Assembly (NCBI GenBank): GCA_977862235.1
Contig: OZ374561.1
Coordinates: 2,232,001-2,296,000 of the forward strand
Direction of reading: 5' to 3'
DNA length: 64,000 bases
Source: Dudresnaya verticillata
Lineage: Eukaryota
Position numbers and translations under genes: made by a program. The notes beneath the pieces were generated by a model. The model had not been told where the DNA came from. It saw nothing but the letters and a program-made list of their open reading frames with translations, and did no database searches. Below are positions 57,328 to 64,000 of the stretch, one piece after another (the stretch's first letter is position 1; every line of letters begins with the position of its first letter).

Positions 57328-58971
57328 TTACGAGCGCCCATACGGGTTCGCGGAGTCGTAAGGCGGGTTATCACGAGGATCGTTTCCGTTTTCATATCGA
57401 GTCACGCGAAGGAAGTTGGGCGCATACGGATCCGATGTCTGCGATTGTCCGTCGCAACCGCTGGGTCCGAAGCCCGAAGGGCCTCCGGAGCCAGACCCGT
57501 AACGCGGAGCATCGTAACTCGGGTAACCGTAATCTTCGCGCCGACGCTTCCCGCTCAACTTGAGGTCCCGAATACGATGACGAAGGTCCGCTATCTCCGC
57601 ATCCCGATCACGAAGCTGCTTACGAAGGAGACTCAACTCCGTGACCGCGCGAAGGAAACTTCCGCCGAGATCGTCCAGCAGTTGCCGAAGAGTCCCATCG
57701 GGGGAGATGCCCGCTTCGCGACACGCGTCGCTCACGGAGTCGAGACTGCGAATATCCGTAGGACAGCACATCTCGAGACTCGCGATCGAAGACTCCGAAG
57801 CGCTCGGCACCAACGCGACAGCCCCGGTGCCAAGAGATGACCCCGGAGTCAGCAACGACGAAGGAACCGGAGCTACAGAACGAGGAACGCGCGGCAACGG
57901 ACCAACCTCGCCTCCGATGGCACGAACCGCGGCACTCGGATGCGAAAACGGATCAACTCGCGGACCACGCCCTCCTCGTGAAGGACGGTTATGGCACCAA
58001 TCGAACCAGGCCCTGGAGCCCACGTCGTGTCCGACTACTTGGGACCACTGTCCCGTCGGGAAATCGCGACGAGTCGACTGGAGCTCCCTCCGATCCGAAT
58101 CCTCGATGGCAATCGCGAGTATCTTCGTGAACTGCATCGTGCAATCCGAGCCTCGGAGCGAAAGATCCGGATACCCGCCATCCTCGGAGAACGACTTCGA
58201 CCAACGATCACGAACGAAACTACGCAACGAAGCATCGAGCACCCACACGTATTGACGCTGCGTGACATCCGAAATCAACGCGCGACCAAGCTCGAAGCGA
58301 TATTCGGAATCCCGGAAACGCACGAAGCACTTCTTCGTAGGTTCCGCAAACAGGTCGACCACGAGCCCGAAATAACGAATCACCCTCGGAGGTGGCACGA
58401 CTAAGCCCGCGGGGGCCCGAATACACGAAGCATCGAGCCAGAACGAACTCGCAAACATGCTCAGAGGCACGCGGTCATCGAGACGCTAATTCGTATCCAC
58501 GCGATCAGGCATCGAGCCCGCGCCACGGAATAGCGCCCAGTCTCTACCACCGATGTGCACTCCGAGGATGCGCGAAATCGAGTCTACGTGACGCCATACG
58601 TTTCCCGCGGCGGACTCGAACTCCGGATAATCACGAAAGCGAGTAACCGCAACCAACGGAGAATCCACGGAGATACCCGCACCCGGTGCCAGGAGCACGT
58701 GCGCACACGCATCTACGTAAGCAACCTCGTCGACCGTGGTCACGTAGGAGACATCGCACGGAAGACCCATCGGAGTCGTATACACGGGGCCACGGGGCCA
58801 GAATACGTGAAAGACTCCGGCTCCATTATCATCATGACCCTCGCAAAGTGCACGAAAACGAGCGAGATCTGGACGAACACGGCCATCGTAGGCAGCAACC
58901 TCTTCGTGAGTAACTCCGGAGATCGCGAACTCGTCCCACGCGAAGTACAGCTGCGCAGAAGGAAGCCTCGG
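57328..58971 (-). pseudogene. Antisense accessory ORF downstream of pol (family D); one in-frame stop at 58486-58488; 5'-truncated by an LTR
   Basis: ORFs 58486-59007 and 57328-58470 are in the same frame. Shares motifs with the element A antisense ORF and ends with a coiled coil and KRRR. Confidence 0.72.
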
Positions 58972-59882
58972 TGTAGTGCCAGGGGGGTCCCCCATTTTCG
59001 CTTTCAAGCGGGTTGATATGCAGCGTCTACCGACGGACGACCGCCAACGGTGCGCTCAACCCGCCCGCGGCGCAAACACGTCACCGACGCATGCCGCTGG
59101 CCACTTGGGCCAGAACGGCTCGCTTGGCGTGCAGACCGCACGCCTGAACCCGGGCACTGTACGGCGCCACGCGTACGCGCATGGCGCAGAGGCGGGAACG
59201 TTCGCTGTAAGCGTGGCCCGAATCCGGATCCAATCGGGATCCCACATCGGGATCAGACATCGGGATTAAGGGGTGTAAGGCACGCGCCTGTAAGCCTGGT
59301 GCATCCGCACGGCTGGCCCGAATCCGGACTGGATCGCGATTGGTGCGGATCGAGATCGAACGTGCCATGGGGCGCATGCGGCTGTAAGGAAGTAATCCAC
59401 GTGTAGGTGTAAGGACTCGAACGGGTAAGCTACGCGTGATCTGTCAGGAGCGCGGCTGCATGACGGACGGATCTGTCAGACGCGCCTCGGGACAACACGT
59501 GTCCCGAGTTCCCGCGTGACGCGTACACCCGCGTCGCCGCCGCTAGGTAATTCTATACTTAGTTGATCCGTCTCAGACGTCATAGTAAACCCCGGGAAGC
59601 CGGCGTTGGTCCAGACTTCCCCGTTCAGCACGTGCGTACCCTACCGCTGCCTACGGCTAAGCGTCTACCTCCCGTGCTTCCACGTCTCTACCCGTCTTCG
59701 ATGTGTTTCCTTTTTGTTTCTTCTGTTCTTCCTTTCCGCCTCGGGCGTTTACAGTCCGCCCAAGGCGAGTCAACTGCTCTACCACAAGTCGCCCAAGGCG
59801 AGGCTACTCACCGCCAAGGGCGTCGCTACCCACCGAGCACCGAACTGCTCGGCGGTGTTCCGTCAACGACGTTCGCACTACG
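58972..59882 (+). repeat. LTR of family F (homolog of 43861-44761); no matching TSD and no PBS
   Basis: Starts TGTAGTGC and ends GCACTAC(G). Region ~59470-59880 is closely similar to ~44346-44761. Confidence 0.85.
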
Positions 59883-62800
59883 GAAGACGGTAACGTTCTC
59901 GCTTGATTCGCAGAGATGCTCGACGATAATGTCGGAGGTATCTTCAGTCGTCTACAGACGTTGGTGGAAGATCGGGACGGTGCCCTTCAAGGACTCCGTT
60001 CCGACCTCGACCGTCTGATGATGAACCCCAACCATGGAGTAGATGCTCAGCAGCCAAAGACATTGACGGTCCATTCCCAGTCGGAACTGAGTTGACGCGA
60101 ACGCTTTCAACGATTAGCAACCCGCTTAGAGCGACTGGAAACCGCCAAATGGCGCCAAGGGCCGCCGTCTGATGACGATAGTTCCGAAGAAGACCGTCGC
60201 CGACGTAAAGATCGTAAGAGACGGGGCAAGAATCGCCGCACGTCGCGTCATGGACGGAAGAAGAACCGTCACCGACTAGGGGACTCATCCTCATCCTCTT
60301 CGGACACGTCTAGTGAAGACGGGTCAACAGGCTCTTCGTCAGACGATGACGACCACGTGGCTCACGGCAGTGCCATGCGACCCCGCGGAAAGCGATACAG
60401 GGGACTGAAGGAGCTAAGCCCCTCCAATCCTCTCTTCGACCAGTTGCTATCGTACCGCACATACCGTCTCCAATATGTGGGACAGAAGCGCTCTGGACGC
60501 GAAACCAGGAAGGTCAAAGACCATATCAAGCGACTCGAGTTAAAAATGAAGGACGCTGCCTTCAACGGCAGCGACCCCGTCATGGTTCTCGAATTTTTAA
60601 CGCGGTTCGCGGATGAAGCGGACACGCTAGAGATGAGAGAAGCACAAGCGTTCGTCGCGCTGCCGTACTTCTTAGGAGGTACGGCAGCCACGCAATTCCG
60701 CTCCGTCAAATCGACGTCCTCTCGCCACCGCGGCGGCGTATCATCGTACCAGGAGGCGGTGCACTACCTCCTCCGCACGTACGCCACGCCTTCGGCGATT
60801 CGAGACGCTGTCCTCGCCCTGGGGTCGACTAGTCAGAAGCAGGGCGAAGACGAGACGACTTACGGCATGAGACTCGCCGGCGCATGTATTCGTTGCGGTA
60901 ACGTTTATCCTGAATGGGAAAAGATGACACTGTACATCGATGGGTTAGACCCGACGATCAGGTCCTTAGTGGCCCGCTTCCGCGAAGAAGCGCAGAGGGC
61001 GGAGTTATCTTTTGAACGTTTAGTCCACTTCGCGCAAGATGAAGGTGAGACGCAACGCGCAAGACACGGCAGGACCGGCTCGACGTCAGTAAGACGGGAT
61101 ATAATAGCCCCGGCCGAAGCCGCTCGCGCATTGCACCCCGCCATTGGCGACAACCGAACGGTTCTACGTCAACATACGAGGGGCACGAAGCCTGCCGCAC
61201 GCGCTATATAGCGGAGTCTTCCGTTGAGTTCCGTGATGTCACCTGTCATGCGGACGATATGGAAACACACGCCGATGGCGATCTCTATTTGGCCGATGAG
61301 CAAACGTCAGTGCCAACGTCAGCGTTACCGACGGACAGCTACGTCGAAGACGAGGACACAGGGGCAATAAATCCTACACTCGCCTTTGGGCGATCCGTTG
61401 TTCCTGCGCCACGCGTCCCGTATTCGGAGTATGCTCCCCACGTCCATCGGGCGAGGCCAGGTTGGCAAGATAGGAGTCCGCTCCGTCAAGACGCTCGCAG
61501 ACAGTTGATCTGTCATCAGTATTATGCCCGTGGCCGCATCGCACCGGACTGCTTCCTCCGCATGAGCGAGTATATGAAAGCGATCGCCAACTACGAAGGC
61601 TTAACAGACGCCGAGATGGCGGGGGTCCCCGCTGATGCGTACACTCGGTACAAAGAACGCGTTGCGCGCGAAGCAGCACGCCGTGCAGCACGACCACCGT
61701 CGCCACGGGGCGGACCTATGCCGCATGCAGCAGAACGTCATCTGACGGTGATCAATCGCTAGACAGCGCCGCTACAACCGCCGCAGGCGAAAAACTAATG
61801 AGGGTACCAACTCCTGACACGGGGTGCCGCACCAAGTAGAGAGGCTTCGGCCTCGGGTGCTGACACGGAAGGAGGACCCGAACGTAGTTAACAAATACGC
61901 TGATGGGCGGGTAGATTCGTCACAGACGTCCTTGAAGCGCCCCTGGCGTAGGTACCAGCCCCCACAAGCCCGGGGACAGTTATTCGTAATGGCCAAAAGG
62001 AACTACAAAGTATACGCCGACCTGGGCGTAACTGTAGGTACCTTGGCACGTAAACATACTGTCCTCGACACGGGGGCTGGTCCGAATTTCATTCGCATTG
62101 ACGACATTCCGCTAGAAGCGCGACCACGGATCGTATCCAAGAGTCTCCCCGTCATATCAGACATTAGCAACAAGGCGATTCAGACCCGGGGTACTATCGA
62201 CTTAGTCGTACGTCTCGGACGAAGGGTTGTCAAGTTGGAGTTGATCGTCTGTGAACGGCTCGCTGCGCCGGTCATACTTGGTTGCGACTTTTGCGACCGC
62301 TTTGTCGAAGCGATTTATCCGCGGAGTCGCGAGATTGAGTTGGATGACGGGACCCGTGTCCCTTTAACGCACCGCCTGCTGCGCTGGCCCCCGTCGTACC
62401 CCCCGTTTCCAACGGAACAAGAGTACGGCACGGCTGAAGGGCGAACGTCGCCCAAGATACGCGTTGCGGAACGGACGATCATCCCGCCGCAGGCGCAAAA
62501 GTGGATCTCGGTGACGACCGAGCGAGCAGGGGTCATTACCATCCAACCGTTTGGAACGTTATATGATCGGCAAGCTTTGGCCGTTACTAACAGGGTCGCT
62601 CAAGTAGAGCAGAGTGTTCCGGATTCTCGTCGCCAACTTCTCCCCGCGCCCGCAAGCGCTCGTTAAAGGACAAGCCGTCGCTACCGCGTTGCCACATCCC
62701 ACAGCAGTGTTCCCCAGTCACATAAGTCTGGCCGATGGCCTAGGTATCACCGAGGAACAGGCAGTGGAGGAGGAGGCGAATCAGGATTTCCGTTTTCAAA

Positions 62801-64000
62801 CGAATGATGGGGTAACGGCGCAGCCGGATACATTCGCTAAGTCGATCGCAGCAACTGTAGCTAAATCTCCTTCAGTGGACGAGTTGGACCTGAGTCATCT
62901 CTCAGCCGAACATCAAGGACGGCTGAAAGAGATGCTGCGCAGGTACTCGTCGATGTGGGACGGTTCATTAGGAGAAACCGCAACCACGGAGCACTATATT
63001 GACCTGCTTCCCGGCTCCAGGCCGATTTCATCCCCACCTTACCGCGCTGACCCAAAACAAAGGCAACTCGCTCAAGCGGAGGTGGATCGCATGTTGCGTC
63101 AGGGGGTTATCGAACCCGCACAATCTCCATGGGCGTCGCCGGTCGTCTTTGTTCCCAAGAAGGACGGTACACTCCGCTTCTGCGTTGACTACCGTCGCTT
63201 GAACGCGGTAACGGTACGAGGTACGTACCCTCTCCCGCGAATCGATGAATGTATTGACAGCCTAGGGGAAGCGAACGTCTTCACCACCCTAGACTGCAAT
63301 AGTGGTTACTGGCAGGTGCCCATCAATCCGCGAGATCGCGACAAGACGGCGTTCACGTGCCATGCCGGGTTGTTCCGCTACAAGCGTATGCCCTTCGGAC
63401 CTACTAACGCACCGGCCACGTTTCAACGGACCCTCGATATCCTGCTTGCTGGTTACAAGTGGCGCTCATGCCTCGTCTACCTTGACGATGTGATCATCTT
63501 CTCGAACGATATCGACAGTCACTTCCGTCATGTTTACGAGATCCTTTCGACCTTGCATCGGGCCGGGGTGACGTTGAAATTAACCAAGTGCGACGTCTTC
63601 ACCCCGACCGTCAACTATCTAGGCCATGTGATACGTCCGGGACGATTAGGAGTAGACCGTACGGTCACAGCCGCGTTACGCGAAGCCAAGCATCCGCGGG
63701 ACCAGAAGGAGTTACGGAGCTTTCTCGGATTGTGCAACGTCTATAGACGGTTTGTATCGCGATACGCGCACGTCGCCGCTCCCCTCAACAAATTGTTGAG
63801 GAAAGAGCAAGACTTCCAGTTACAACCGTTCACCGAGGAGCAAGCTCGGGCATTCAGCACGCTTGTCGAAGCGGTGATTCACCCGCCCATCCTGGCGTTG
63901 CCACAGCAAGGACTACCGTACTCCGTCGATTGTGACGCGAGTGAATACCAAGTTGGCTGCGCACTCTTTCAAACGCAGCCTGACGGCGAACGGAAGCCGC
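59883..64000 (+). mobile_element. Gypsy element E (related to B): gag, protease, dUTPase-like segment, RT-RNase H running off the window end
   Basis: KELSPSNPLFDQLLSYRTYRL (also in B), VLDTGAGPNFI, WASPVVFVPKKDGTLRFCVDYRRLN, LVYLDDVIIFS (~63472), DCDASEYQVG. Confidence 0.9.

Overview
Eukaryotic nuclear DNA, most likely from a red alga. This is inferred from compact, intron-poor genes, short GTAAGC...CTAAC...AG introns and a chromodomain-Gypsy-rich TE landscape. Bases 1-16.6 kb are a gene-dense block of eight host genes: a BRUTUS/HRZ-like hemerythrin-CHY-RING E3, an NT-C2 protein, a TPM-TM-RING-H2 protein, a JmjC protein, a SpoU methyltransferase, an Obg GTPase, a calmodulin-like protein and PRA1. 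Bases 17.3-64 kb are almost entirely nested, decayed transposons: a Tc1 (DD34E) element with a solo LTR in its transposase; a chimeric minus-strand Gypsy (families A+B); a Copia RT fragment; a MULE with an N-terminal Ulp1-like protease; PIF/Harbinger remnants; and a nest of plus-strand Gypsy elements (C, D, E) and solo LTRs. The most striking observation concerns two distinct Gypsy families. Each carries a large antisense ORF downstream of pol, and the two ORFs share motifs of an unrecognised domain. Each family is also densely seeded with its own short DNA motif: CCGTANCGG about 28 times in family A and ACGAAG/CTTCGT about 50 times in family D. Both motifs drop off sharply at element junctions. 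This suggests an element-encoded, sequence-specific self-recognition (e.g. anti-silencing) system; it is a hypothesis, not demonstrated. All counts and alignments were made by eye.
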